NCBI GenBank assembly: GCA_964036045.1
Contig: OZ038378.1
Coordinates: 197,966,001 to 198,030,000, forward strand
From: Eutreptiella sp. 'Long Island Sound 2002'
Taxonomy: Eukaryota > Protista > Euglenida
Direction: 5' to 3'
DNA length: 64,000 nt
In this document: in pieces, positions 1 to 12,900 of the stretch
How the letters are laid out: every line of letters begins with the position of its first letter
Numbering within the stretch: position 1 is the first letter of the stretch
Position numbers and translations under genes: made by a program
Notes under the pieces: generated by a model
Database searches by the model: none
The model's input: the letters and a program-made list of their open reading frames with translations, nothing else
What the model was told of the DNA's origin: nothing

Positions 1-319
1 TTGCCCAAGAGCTCACATTGAAGTTGATGGGCAGTTTGAGTCAGATCAAAAAAAGCGTGCATATCACATTGTGCGCGCTTGTCTCTGTGGAGTCCCGTGA
101 TGTGTCAAGGGAGGATCGCGAGGTTCATACCTGACCCTTGGGCCCGTGGATCCATCTGTATCCGTGGATGCCTGTGCATCCCGATCACATTTCGTGGGCA
201 GTGGATGGCATACATGCATTGGCCTCTGTTTCCAGAAGGAGGGAGGGGTTGACAGAGCTTGTGTTGCTTGTACAGTGTGGCACGCATTGTACAGTGCATG
301 TTGTATGTGCAAGTGCAAC

Positions 320-772
320 CTGGAGCAGCTCCGTCACTTTCTCGTCACTCTCGGATTTGGTCTTCAGCCTCTGAACTTCTGCCTCCAGCCGTGCCTTCGC
401 AATCTCCGTTTCCTCTCGAGAGGCCTGGGCTGCCAGGAGCTGTGCCTCAACGGACAGCTTCTGGGCTAGAGCCTCCTGCAGTTGCTGGCACTGGCCCATT
501 ACGCGCTGCTCGGTCTGCTCGTAAAACATCCGCACGTCCGAAGCCTCCTTCGCACCGTGGGCCTCGAGTGAGGCCTGAGCCTCAACAAGGGCTTCCTGTT
601 TGCGCTGCAGCTCCATCTGCAGTGCATTGTACCCCTGCATCAGTCTGTCGATGGTCTTTTTATCAGACAGGGGGCCCGCAGTGGCAAATACCTCCAGGGC
701 TTCAAGCTGAGCCTGCGTCAGGCAGTCGCCCAACAAGAACTCGGTGTCGCCAATGACAACACGGCGGGCCAT
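320..772 (-). CDS. 5' coding exon of a coiled-coil protein (MARRVVIGD...KVTELLQ); possible next exon 225-131
   Basis: Open frame with heptad-like Q/E/L/A-rich sequence. ATG at 772 follows an AG 5 nt upstream (atgcag-catccATG). CAG|GTTGCA donor at 320/319 is phase 0. Pyrimidine-rich ...ccttctggaaacag acceptor at 226 is in phase. Confidence 0.6.
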
Positions 773-1080
773 GGATGCTGCATGAAGGGTGTGTTGTGCA
801 ACACACTGCATTTCCACCCAGGTCCCAAGTTTTAGATGTGTACTTTGGATAAGAGGGAGTGTTTGCCCCGCGTGCCACTTTCAGGTCACCTGGATCCCCA
901 TAAGAATACAGATGAAGGATGCAAGAGCAACAAGCTACCTAAACCCTGCTGTATTGGGGGCTCGGAATCAGGGAATGCACTGCAGTCTCAGGTCCCCTCA
1001 TGGTCTTTCTGGTCCACTTGGGTGCTGAGGTTCAATTTAAAAAAATATCATTCATTTTGTGGTTGGACTTAGCGGACAAC

Positions 1081-1083
1081 ACC

Positions 1084-1128
<45 letters not shown>

Positions 1129-1163
1129 GCACGCACGCACGCACGCACACGCGCACGTGCGCG

Positions 1164-1220
<57 letters not shown>
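1081..1220. repeat. (CA)n/(CACG)n microsatellite, left flank of a TIR element; continues at 2103-2175
   Basis: Read directly from sequence. Confidence 0.95.
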
Positions 1221-1221
<1 letters not shown>

Positions 1222-2102
1222 AGGGGGGGGGGGGGAAATGCGGTCGCCGGGATTGGCAAAAAATGCGGAAAAATGCGGAAAAAATGCGGAAAATGCGGCA
1301 AAAAATGCGATAGAAAATGCGGTTTGGTTAGAATGGTGTTTGCCCCTCAAAACCCCTATGTTTCGTCTCGTCTTGCACAATTGGGCGCTCAAAGCATGGA
1401 CGGTTTGATGGAACAACTTAGTGCAGTAGTTCAACTCAAGAATATCACGGACTAGGCTCAAAACAGCTAGGGGCAGAAGCTGCAGCTGCTTGGTCAGGCC
1501 AGACTGCTGAATATCCACGCCGCATCAGGTGCTCCCCCATTGACCCAAACCGCCGGGCTCCCTGGGGGCCATGATGCAACGGATACTGGGCTCGCATACG
1601 CCCCCGTGTCACAGGCGCATGGTCATCACCACAATCAGTGCATTGTTCTGCTGCACTGCAGCACATCCAGGCTCCCTGGGGGGGAGGGGGGTATACCCGA
1701 ACATACATACCTCAAAATGATCCCCATGACACGCTGTTCATTTTGAATATACACAACTAGGGGAAAAAATTTTCAAAAAAAATTTGCCCATCAACTCAAG
1801 CTCCCATCAGCGAAGGTCCGACCCGGAGGTCGGGTCGAGTCAATGTCCTTTTTTGTGTTTTTCATCCATTTTTGAATTCTCCACAAAATTCTGAATATTT
1901 TGAGCATAGACACATAGGGTCAAACAAAAAAATTTCCCCCTGCCATCTGCCTAAAAAAAAACCTCCGGCAACAACTGACTACAAGACAATGCCACTAGAA
2001 TGTTTCCTCTTGAACATTACACTAAGGGACCTGCCCAAAAAATGCGAAAAAAAATGCGGAAAATGCGGAAAAATGCGAATCGCATATTTCCCCCCCCCCC
2101 TG
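1221..2102. mobile_element. Non-autonomous TIR element (CAG-polyG-AAAT termini) inserted in a (CA)n tract
   Basis: Left end CAGGGGGGGGGGGGGAAATGCG; right end ATATTTCCCCCCCCCCCTG. AAAATGCGG subterminal repeats at both ends. Confidence 0.8.
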
Positions 2103-2131
2103 CACACACACACACACACACAGACAAACAG

Positions 2132-2166
<35 letters not shown>

Positions 2167-2981
2167 CACACACGCAACAGGCGAATCGGTTCATCAATAA
2201 ACGGACAAGCAAGGCGACATGACAAACAATCAGAGAATCGCTGCTACACTGCCAACCATTCATTGGGCGCTTGGCCAGGGCACCATGGGTGTCCTGCTGA
2301 TTAGCCACCTGGTCAAGCCTGATGGGAATATGGACGCTAAATTCACCTGGGCACCTGTGGCAAAGGGGCTGGAGGAATTGATTAGCGGTCTTCTGTGCGA
2401 AGGTTTTCAACCCACATTTCAAAGGCTTAGGACGAAAAGCGGACCAGTCATCTCAATGAGCGGGGCCACCGACCTTTCCCCCCTCCCCCTCCCCCTCCCC
2501 CTCCCCAAACCGCATTGCTCAAGGGTGGGCAGATAGGCCTCTGCAATCTAGTGCCTTGCATTGCAACACTCGTGTTGGCTGCACATAACGCAGAAATATG
2601 GCATAAATCCTGCTGTGTGGGTGGTATGCAATCCTCGCACATGGGTGGGAGGGTGGGCCACCATCAACGATGAATGAAAAGGCAACTAGGAGAGAGGGAG
2701 TCACACATACAGGGGGGAGGTGGTGGGTGTGGTGCTATATGAGTCAAACCTTGGTTTGCTGATGGAAACCCTCACTTAGCCAACAAGACCACACACACAC
2801 ATATGCAACAAAAAACACAATAGCAAACGCAACCCAAAGAATCCAGGCCACAGGTGGCCTGATTTGAATACAGACCAACCCTCCTGCATCCTCAAAAAGA
2901 CACAGGGGACATACATTACACAAAAGTCAGAAAATTACAACGAACAAAAGCATGTTCAAGAGGGCCAATTCCTACACACCT

Positions 2982-3690
2982 AGATGATTTTGTTGCACTG
3001 CGTGCGCACTGCGTGTGCACTGCGTGGGCACTGCGTGCATACTGCGCATGCAGAGGCCGGGATACTCACCCAAGAATCCCTGTCACCTGACTGGTTGCAC
3101 AGCGAAGCAGCAAAACCCACATGAGAACGACGAAACTGCCTTCAACTTGGTACTCCACTGTCCCTATGAACAAACCACTCAGCCTTGTAAAGTCCGCTTG
3201 CTTCGAGTGTTTCGGTGCCCGTGGCTTCGCTCTTGGAGGCGGCGATGAGGTGTCCCTTGACTCGGAGCGCGGGGAATGCGTTGTCCGTGGTCTCTTGGGT
3301 GATGGGGACTGCGAATAGGGTGAAGGGGAGGGCAGTGGTGATTCTGAGCGTGGACGCGACACACTTGTTGATGGCGAGCGAGATCAGCGATGTGGTAGGG
3401 ATGAAGGCCGTACCACAAACTCCTCAAGGTCCGCGGGCTATGTATGGCTACATCACCCCTGCCTTCTCGGGGTCCCCATAGTGGGGGGAGTTCAATATGG
3501 GGGGTGGAAAATGGGTAAAAATGGTTGGCATTGGGCAACAAAGGGTGACAATTCAAATGTGCCACATCCCAAATGCATAGGAAGCTAAAAAATCCCAGTA
3601 TGGAACCAAAAACTTGTCAAAAGGGGCCAAAAGTAGGGTCTGAGTATTGGCCGACATTCAAAACTTCGCACTGCGTGCATGGCATTCCCC
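2982..3690. mobile_element. Degenerate Harbinger-type element relic
   Basis: Tandem GCACTGCGTG motifs at 2996-3050 and 3668-3680. Right end ATTCCCC|TAG mirrors the GGGGAAT end at 15094. Left end is eroded. Confidence 0.35.
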
Positions 3691-3726
3691 TAGCCTACTG
3701 GCCATTCAACATCAACATACATGAGC

Positions 3727-4135
3727 CTGGTAGGTAAAATTGGCTTGCACTGGGGTGGTGGGGGGGGCTCGTTTGAGCCCCTTTCCCAGAACCCCCCCCC
3801 CCCTCCTCCCTTCTGAGCTCCGGTGATGGGGACCCCCGACTGGCCGACAGGGGAGGTTGGGGGGGGGTCCTGAGGTACTCCAACATATATGACTCAAAAT
3901 GGCCCCCACGTGCGCTGTTCATTTTGAGGTATGTATTGTGCGGGGAATTGTTTTGAAAACAAAATTATTTGGGGCCGCTTTGCGGCGCAGGTGGTGAGCC
4001 ACCACTATTGTCTTTAGACTAGCCTCTTTGGACTGGCCTCCCACGAGAGCCCCTTTTCAGGGACCCCCCCCCCCTCCTTCTGGTGGCTCAAACGACCCCC
4101 CCCCCCCCTGCGCAAGCCAATTTGCCACCTCCCTG
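3727..4135. mobile_element. MITE with ~50-bp imperfect TIRs and a central TCAAAATG..TCATTTTGA palindrome
   Basis: AAAATTGGCTTGC-Gn-TCGTTTGAGCC on the left and its reverse complement at 4084-4125. No TSD resolved. Confidence 0.7.
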
Positions 4136-6533
4136 GAAACCTGCACGCCATAAACATGATCTAGCAGCATGTTGTCACAAGGTAATGCGATGCACGGCAG
4201 GCAGAAGAACACACTCATCAAACAGCCATGAGCCGTGGAAAAATACAAACCCTTGCTTTGGATTCCAAACAAACCATTGTCTAGTCATCCCACATCCTTC
4301 CTTGACATGCCTTCGCTTTTGGGTGCTCTCTCTCTCATACCACAACTGCATTACACGACACCACTCGCACTGCCCCTTGCACACATGATGCACTGACTGC
4401 CACCTGTCACGCCATCGTCCCCTTAGACTCCACGCATGCGTAGAGGCCATGCAGTGGCCTCTGAACTCTGAGACAAATTCTTCCACTAGCTCTTATCCCC
4501 GCCATGACACACAGAAGTAGCACAAAGTGCAAAATACAAATGTTTCCTAATTGGATCTACCATGAAATATTGACAAACCAAGCATTTAACAACCGTCCTT
4601 GGTTTTTCGAGAACACACACGCTATTGATGCAACAAGATATCCTTGTGGTATCAATTGCTCAACCATTTGCCCTGTGGTGACCTCAGCTATGCTACTTAC
4701 TGTAGCAGCGCCTGTGTGGCCACACAAAACCATGGCGGTGTGGCGCAAGAGTGCACCGAAATAATGCACGCGTTTAAATGCGTAACGTATGAAGGACGCT
4801 GGCCACCCACTGTGCGATGTCGCTTGTGGTGTGGTTGCTGTCTGTTTGCTCTGCTTCAGTGATTCTTTGTGAATTCAGAAAAAACGAAACACAAACATTT
4901 GCGAAAAAATTTCTACTTTGACTGCTTTTCCCTTCAGCCATGGCCCGTACGTCATGCGGTGCACGGCATGGTGCCCCTATATACACTGGAAGCGCCTACA
5001 GCGCAAAAGTGACAGCGACCGTGATGTAGAATGCAAAGACGCACAGGCGCACAAGAGCAAGCGGTGCAACAAGGCACTTCTCTGAAGTATGTTCTTGAAG
5101 AGCAGTGATGCAGTAGAGTTCCACGGAAATTTGTGCCCACAGTGAGCGTTCCACAGTGGGCACTGGCTGGATTGGCCCCGGGGTAGAGAGAGAGAGAGAG
5201 AGAGAGCAATGGTCAGTTCTGATCGACTGCATGCCCCCGCCATTGGCACTTTCAGCCATCAGCCCAATACGCCCATGGGGGGCCCAACCCCTCGGGATTG
5301 GACGCGGACCCCCCCCCCCCGCCCCCCTCTCTAACTATTGGCCGAAGGCCCCCTGGGGGGGGGGGGGGGGTAGTACGCGTCCCAGGCATCAGTTCTTTAG
5401 TTCGGTTGGGATATGCTGTGGACAAATCTCGATGAGATACAGTGAATTCATCTCTCATGAAAGTATACATATCTACAGTCAAACTCGCAGGTGCAACCTG
5501 AAGATAAAGCTGTATATTGGCGGGGGACGCCTGCATACTACATACTGTCTTTCCTGCCAGCCTCGGTCACTGTGATCAAGCACTCCTTCGCCCCGGGGGC
5601 CCCGGGGGGGCTTGGCTGTTGTCGCTGCTGCTATTGTTGCTGTGGGCAAAGCTTGCCTTTCGCAGCACTTCACAAATGAAGATTCGTCCATGCTTGTGGT
5701 CAAATGCTGGACACAAGGAGGGTCAAGCTTTCAGCACCATCAGAGGATGTGCTCGCCGTGGGCACCCTGTGTCAGAGGTGGGAGGTTTTGCAATGTGCAG
5801 TCCTCAGATTCGCGAGTTTGGCCATAAATCAACGATGGTCGTCACCCTCCAGAATCACTCTGGCATCCACAACAGTACGACAGGTCTGAACGCGGCGATG
5901 TCGCGACACAGATGATTCGTGCAGTTCAGCAAGGCGCCGCCAGGTGCCGCCACAAATGGTTCATGCTGTGCAGAAAGGCGCCATAGAGGGAGTTCACACA
6001 CCGCACATGCACCGCGCCAGGTAACTTCTCCAGGAAAGGGTTTACCTTTGAAGCCTTTGCACATACTGTCCCTTGGTGGATGTTGCTGGAGGAAGAGTTA
6101 TGGCAGGGTGTGAGGGCCCCCTTGCGTGAGCTCACATGCAACCAGTGCAGCACCAGGCTGAAAGATGACAAGGTATTGCACAAGAATCCCAATTTTGCAT
6201 GTGGCTACATTGCCCAAGTTCCTTCCGCCGTGTCAGGTACATTTTTTGGCAAAAGCATGTGCGCCAACAGCACGTAGCCTCTAAATGAGCCAAAATGGTC
6301 CATGCAACAACCCCGGTATACACACCGCGTGTGCACCGCGTCTGATACCCCCCCTTTGGCACCCACCGATTGGGTTTCAGGTCAGGACTGGGGTGTTAGG
6401 AGGGAGGGAGGCGGAAGGAGGTGGGGAGAGGAAGGGAAACCAGAGGAGAGGAGAGGAGAGTCAGTTCTGTAAAGCTTGACTTTGAGCCCATGACCTGCCA
6501 GAGGCACTTGTGTGCAACCTCTCTAGCAGGATT

Positions 6534-7433
6534 TCAATTGCTTTCTTCTTCTTCCTCTTCGTCCTCATCATTCTCCTCTTCATCGCTGTCCAAGTCGCTG
6601 TCAAACGCATCGGACCGGATTACCACCCACAATCCGCACTTCAAATTTGTGGTGCTCTGCAGCAGAAGAGCATACCACTTTTTGATGTAGCTCCAGTTCA
6701 GTGCAGTTTGGACCTTCAAAGCCATCTTTGGGCGGAATAGAATAGTCGGCAGGTCCTGAGTGAGGTGTTGCGTCTGACGCTGAGCTGCAGCAATAACTTG
6801 TGCACGATGGCAGGCAAGACTGGGATGCAGACGCATCCCAGACGAATCGTCCACATCTTCCTCCGGTGACTTCTGCATGACGTTGTGCTGATTGCAAACA
6901 AAACACTCTTCCCGAAACTCCCCATACTGGTCGTCATCCTCCTCCTCCTCCTCCTCCTCCTCCTCCTCCTCTTCCTCCTCCTCCTCCTCTAATTCATCGT
7001 TCTTCCTGTGATCCAGCCGCACATAGAGCCCTTTGTATCCGACTGCAGCTACAACAGCACGAAAAAGCAACACAGAATCTACTGTCTGAGCTTCTGCCCA
7101 TGATAGGCAGCCTACTTCAGGAAGCCCATGAGCAACAGGGTCTTTGCCCTTCTGCAGCTCGACGTCGTATACCCCAGCGAACCCCGTTTGACCCCAGCCC
7201 TGCCCCAGACAGTTTTCCTCCACGCAGGCTTTGAAGGCCTGCAGAGGCGCTGCAGCCAATCGGCAGGCGATTGTGAACTCTCGATTGACGAGCAGGAGTG
7301 AGGCTGGGACGGACGTGAAGCTACAAATGTGCACTAAGACAGTGTGGGGCAGTGCACTGAAGTGGTTCCAGGACACAGTTCCAGATCCGCAGGAAGATGC
7401 CTTGGCACGTTTGTCGTCTCTGTTGGGCCTCAT
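6534..7433 (-). CDS. Intronless F-box-like protein with poly-Glu tract and acidic C-terminus (~299 aa)
   Basis: ATG at 7433 immediately after cag. FSALPHTVLVHICSF...LLLVNREF resembles the F-box consensus LP.E+L..I+SFL. The (GAG)n tract at ~6938-6990 is in frame. Confidence 0.55.
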   Translation of the reverse strand: MRPNRDDKRAKASSCGSGTVSWNHFSALPHTVLVHICSFTSVPASLLLVNREFTIACRLAAAPLQAFKACVEENCLGQGWGQTGFAGVYDVELQKGKDPVAHGLPEVGCLSWAEAQTVDSVLLFRAVVAAVGYKGLYVRLDHRKNDELEEEEEEEEEEEEEEEEEDDDQYGEFREECFVCNQHNVMQKSPEEDVDDSSGMRLHPSLACHRAQVIAAAQRQTQHLTQDLPTILFRPKMALKVQTALNWSYIKKWYALLLQSTTNLKCGLWVVIRSDAFDSDLDSDEEENDEDEEEEEESN

Positions 7434-8470
7434 CTGAGGCTTAGGCCCCTTTCGCAACCTTTGCCATGGCCATGTGCTCAGTCTACAAAACGAATCCTGA
7501 GATGTGGAGATGGAGCAGCAGGCCTCGAAGAGGCGGTGGGAGCTGGTCTTTAGAGATGGATGCAAGTGGTCGGCATTTACAGCCATCATGTGGCAACAGC
7601 CTTGTTGCAGGGCTTGGGGCCTGCACGAGATTGACACTGACCCAGGGGCTGCTGGTGGTCTACCTGTGTGGCAGTGGGCAGGATGGGAAGAATGTGTCAG
7701 GTGTCACAATAGGGGTCATCCCTTGAAGGAAGCCTGGGCTATTGCACGTCATCCCCCCCCCCCTTCGCTCCACTGATTTTCGGAAGGTGTACCATGTGGT
7801 GGTGGAGGTGGCAGAGGCCATCTCCTGACCACCAGACTTTTCGGAAGCCCGAAGAATTTTTTTTGGGGGGCTGTCTCGAAGCGTTCAATTCCGAGTACTC
7901 CAGACAGTTCTTGGAAAGCGGGCATCCGACTCACATGGAAGCCGCAAGATTTTTCATGCCCATTTGAGGGCCATGTCTTACTTCTGAAGGGGCGCAACAC
8001 CCCTCGTTGTCTGATTTGAGGTCATGGGCTGGATTTTGGAAGAGGGACCGCCGGAGGGTTTGGAGAGTAGCGACTAGGTCTCGGCTTTGGGCCCCCTTGG
8101 GTCGAGGAAAGCGTAGCTCAATTGCAGAAATAAGTGTAACTCGCTTTTTTTTTTAGCTTTGTAGCTGGTGGCAACGGCAGCAACATAGTCATTTTGAAAC
8201 CGCGTGCCAAAGGCTGAAGGGCAAATTGCATTTTTCGTTTGCAATCATGATAAGCACCTCATATGGCTGTACTCCACGTTACTTCCGCCATCTGCTTGCA
8301 ATGCGTATAAAAACCACCCGGAAGAAGTAAAAAAAGGGGGGGGATGTAACAGCGAGGCAGTGAGGACATACCCCTTTGTTGATGCCTCAACAATGGCGTC
8401 GTGGAATAAGGTATTGCAAAAGATAGAGAAAGGCAAATCGTTGCAATGGAAGGATTTTTTTTGCTTTCAT

Positions 8471-8604
8471 GTCAATCCACCGGGTCAACGCAGAGCGTTG
8501 CACTTGCCCAACATACGGTACGTATGCCATGTGTGAAGGTGAAGGCGTCCTTTTGTGGCACATTGTGAAGGTTCCAGGCTTCAAGATGCCCACCCAGTAC
8601 TCCT
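8471..8604 (-). repeat. Dispersed coding-like repeat; inverted homolog at 53504-53629
   Basis: Aligns by eye with ~75-80% identity. Both copies read VLGxHLEAWxL...FTHGxxTxCWxSAxLCxDxVD. Confidence 0.7.
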
Positions 8605-9479
8605 AGGAGTTGATTGCCCAACGGCCCTTCACCTTGGGACGTGTGGAACGCTTGGTCATTGCACGGGCAGAACCACCAAAACAATCTTCCTCAAGCACTA
8701 GGCATCATCAATGCGGATCGCTCCGTCCGAGTCCCCGGCACCATCCTGGAGAATGGATGGGAGGGGGGAGCGAGTTGCTAGAAGCCTGGAGAATCTCCTC
8801 TTGCCCCAACCTCCGGCTATGAGTCCCCGCCCCCATCTACTTCCCCCCTCCGTTTTGATGAAGAGGATCCTCTTTCGGAACCCAAGGGCAATATTGCTAC
8901 CTCCTCCTCGGAGCCAACAATAGGAGAATCTCCTACCTCCCCATCCTACAATTCCCAGGACGTGCCCCTGGATGGGAAGTCAATGAAGGGCACTGTTAAG
9001 ACCCCTCCACAAACCCGAGGTCCACTACCCCTTCCAACCCCTCCACAAGCGATGATGCGCTCATCCCTGGGAAGTATCTTGAGGTCCCCGAGGCGTACCC
9101 AAAGGGCGCATGGGGTCGGTTGGTGAACTTCGAAGGATATCCATGACACTTGTGCGAGGAACAGCAATCTGCGTGCAAAGCCGAAGCCATCAAACACAAA
9201 GATTGCTGTAATTTACAAGTGTGTGTTCACCGATTTCTTGTAGTAGGCTCCACTCCATTATGGTCGCATGCAAAGAATGTAGTTGGCCCGAGGTGACCGG
9301 ACTCAGGTGTATCGCTGGCTTGGTGTAAGTTGCGCAACTTTTTTCTTTTTTTGCGCAAGTCGCGTTTTCTTCCGACCAAAAATTGTTTTTTTTTTTTGCC
9401 GTAAGTCACGTAAACTTGTTTTTTGGCGCAAGTCGCGTATGGAAAAACCCCCCTTTTCCACAAAAAAAAAATAGGGGGG

Positions 9480-9880
9480 GGGGACAGGAACCACCCAACA
9501 ACCGCCACCAGGGGAGGTGACGCATATAGCCCCCATGGATATTTTGGGTACCTCCGGCACGGGTAAAGCAATGGAGCCGTGGCGGTAAGGCCCGTAACGA
9601 AAAAGAGGGCATCCCCTACATCAAAAAAAGTGGCAGCCTCGTGAATGGCCCGCCTTTCTTGCCACATCCATGATTCTGGAAGAGGGGCACCGCCAGTGAA
9701 AGTGTAAGAATGCTCACTACAACATTTGCCGAGGTTAGGAGTCCCATTGACAAGGAATTCAGCCAATGTGGACATGCAATGCTCAATTTCAAACTTGAGC
9801 ATATTGACATTAGGCTCAGAGGGCGTTGCGGCGGGGATGTCCGGGGGTGAGGCACCACTGAGCCAATATGTGCGCTCGTC
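9480..9880 (-). pseudogene. Unassigned coding relic, probably transposon-derived
   Basis: Complex open frame (…HEAATFFDVGDALFFVTG…LLYPCRRYPKYPWGLY…) bounded by repeats. No family recognised. Confidence 0.3.
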
Positions 9881-9984
9881 AATGCACTATCCTTTGTGTG
9901 GTCTTTGATGGTGTTTGTGGCGGGATGGGCCGCACTGCATGCTCAATATTGTGCTTTCCCTGCATTTCTTGAGGCACTTGCAGA

Positions 9985-12900
9985 GGGGCCACGCCAGAGT
10001 GTGGGAGTCAACCACCCCAACTCCACGGGCCGCACAAAAGTGTGGGTGTCCATCACCCCAACTCGAGGGGCCACGGCAAAGCATGGGAGTCCGTCACCCC
10101 AACGCTTGAAAGCGGGGGACAAAATTAGAAGTGGCCCACAAGTGGGCCTATTGGCTACACCAACCCTGCCGTCTGGGCGGTCCCCAACGCTTCAAAGTGG
10201 GGGACAAAAACAGAGGTGGCCCACAAGTGGGCTTGGTGCCTACATCACCCTTGATGTCTATGGGATTCCCAATGCTTTAGAGCGGCGGACAAAAACACAA
10301 GTGGCCCACAAGTGGGCCTGGTGGCTACATCACCCCTTCCGTTTGAGGGGTCCCCAACGCTTCAATGCGGGGGTTAAAATCGAAAGTGGCCCACAAATGG
10401 GCTTGGTGCCTACATCACCCTTGCCATCTGGGGGGTCCCCAACTTTAGGGTGGGGGACAAAATCAGAAGTGGCCCAGAAGTGCGCCTAGTGGCTACATCA
10501 ACCTAACGGTCTGTGGGGTCCCCAACGCTTCAGAGTGGGGGGAAAAATCAGAAGTGGCCCACAAGTGGGCCCGGTGGCTACATAACCCCTGCCGTCTGGG
10601 GGTCCCCAATGCTTCAAACCGGGGGACAAAATCAGATGTGGCCCACAAGTGGGCCCGGTGGCTACAACACCCCTGCCGTATGGGACGTCCCCACCACTCC
10701 AGAGCGGGGGTCAAAAACAAAAGTGGCCGACAAGTGGGCCTGGTGGCTACATCACCGTTGCTGTTTGGGGGGTCCTCAACGCTTTAGAGCACGGAACAAA
10801 AACAAAAAAGGCCCACAAGTGGGCCTAGTGGCTAAGGGACCCCTACCATTTGGGAGGTCACCAACGCTTCAATGCGGGGGTCAAAAACAAAAGTGGCCCA
10901 CAAGTGGGCCTGGTGGCTACATCACCGTTGCTGTTTGGGGGAGCCTCAACGCTTTAGAGCACGGGACAGAAATAAAAGTGGCCCACAAGTGGGCCTAGTG
11001 GCTAAGGGACCCCTGCCGTTTGGGGGGTTCCCAACGCTTCAATGCGGGGGTCAAAAACAAAAGCGGCCTACAAGTGGGCTTGGTCCTTGCCATCTAGGAG
11101 GTCCCCAACACTCTAGAGCGGGGAACAAAAATAGAAATGGCCCACACTGGGCCTGGTGGCTACATCACTGCTGCCGTATGGGACGTCCCCACCACTCCAG
11201 AGCGGGGGTCAAAAACAAAAGTGGCCGACAAGTGGGCCTGGTGGCTACATCACCGTTGCTGTTTGGGGGGTCCTCAACGCTTTAGAGCACGGAACAAAAA
11301 CAAAAAAGGCCCACAAGTGGGCCTAGTGGCTAAGGGACCCCTACCATTTGGGAGGTCACCAACGCTTCAATGCGGGGGTCAAAAACAAAAGTGGCCCACA
11401 AGTGGGCCTGGTGGCTACATCACCGTTGCTGTTTGGGGGAGCCTCAACGCTTTAGAGCACGGGACAGAAATAAAAGTGGCCCACAAGTGGGCCTAGTGGC
11501 TAAGGGACCCCTGCCGTTTGGGGGGTTCCCAACGCTTCAATGCGGGGGTCAAAAACAAAAGCGGCCTACAAGTGGGCTTGGTCCTTGCCATCTAGGAGGT
11601 CCCCAACACTCTAGAGCGGGGAACAAAAATAGAAATGGCCCACACTGGGCCTGGTGGCTACATCACTGCTGCCGTCTGGGGGTCCCCAACGCTTCAAAGC
11701 GGGAGACAAAAACAAACGTGCGATACAAATGGGCTTGTTGGGTACATCACTGTTGCCGTCTGGGGGTCCCCAATGCTTCAAAGCGGGGGATAAAATCAGA
11801 AGTGGCCCACAAGTGGGCTTGGTGGCTACATCACTTGTGCCATGTGGGGGGTCCCCAATGCTTTAGAGCGGGGTATGAAAACAAAAGTGGCCCACAAGTG
11901 GGCCTAGTGGCTACATCACCCCTGCCAACTGGGGGTCCCCAATGCTTTGGAGCAAATGGCCATGTGGGGAGTCCCCAATGCTCTAGAGCAAGTGGGCCTT
12001 GTGGCTACATCATCCTTGCCACCTAGGAGGTCCCCAACACTCTAGAGCGGGGAACAAAAATAGAAATGGCCCACACGTGGGCCCGGTGGCTACATCACTG
12101 TTGCCGTCTAGGGGTTCCCCAACACTTCAGAGCGGGGGATAAAAACAGAAGCGGTCCACAAGTGGCCCAAAGGCTACATCACTCGCGCCATATGGGGGGG
12201 TCCCCAACGCTTCAAAGTGGGAGACAAAAACAAACGTGCGATACAAATGGGCTTGTTGGGTACATCGCCTATGCCGTCTAAGGTGCCCCCAACGCTTCAA
12301 AGCGGGGGACAAAATCAGAAGTGGCCCACAAGTGGGCTTGGTGGCTACATCACTTGTGCCATGTGGGGGGTCCCCAATGCTTTAGAGCGGGGTATGAAAA
12401 CAAAAGTGGCCCACAAGTGGGCCTAGTGGCTACATCACCCCTGCCAACTGGGGGTCCCCAATGCTTTGGAGCAAATGGCCATGTGGGGAGTCCCCAATGC
12501 TCTAGAGCAAGTGGGCCTTGTGGCTACATCATCCTTGCCACCTAGGAGGTCCCCAACACTCTAGAGCGGGGAACAAAAATAGAAATGGCCCACACGTGGG
12601 CCTGGTGGCTACATCACTGTTGCCGTCTAGGGGTTCCCCAGCACTTCAGAGCGGGGGATAAAAACAGAAGCGGTCCACAAGTGGCCCGAAGGCTACATCA
12701 CTCGCGCTATATGGGGGGGTCCCCAACGCTTCAAAGTGGGAGACAAAAACAAACGTGCGATACAAATGGGCCTAGTGGGTACATCGCCTATGCCGTCTAA
12801 GGTGCCCCCAACGCTTCAAAGCGGGGGATAAAATCAGAAGTGGCCCACAAGTGGGCTTGGTGGCTACATCACTTGTGCCATGTGGGAGGTCCCCAATGCT

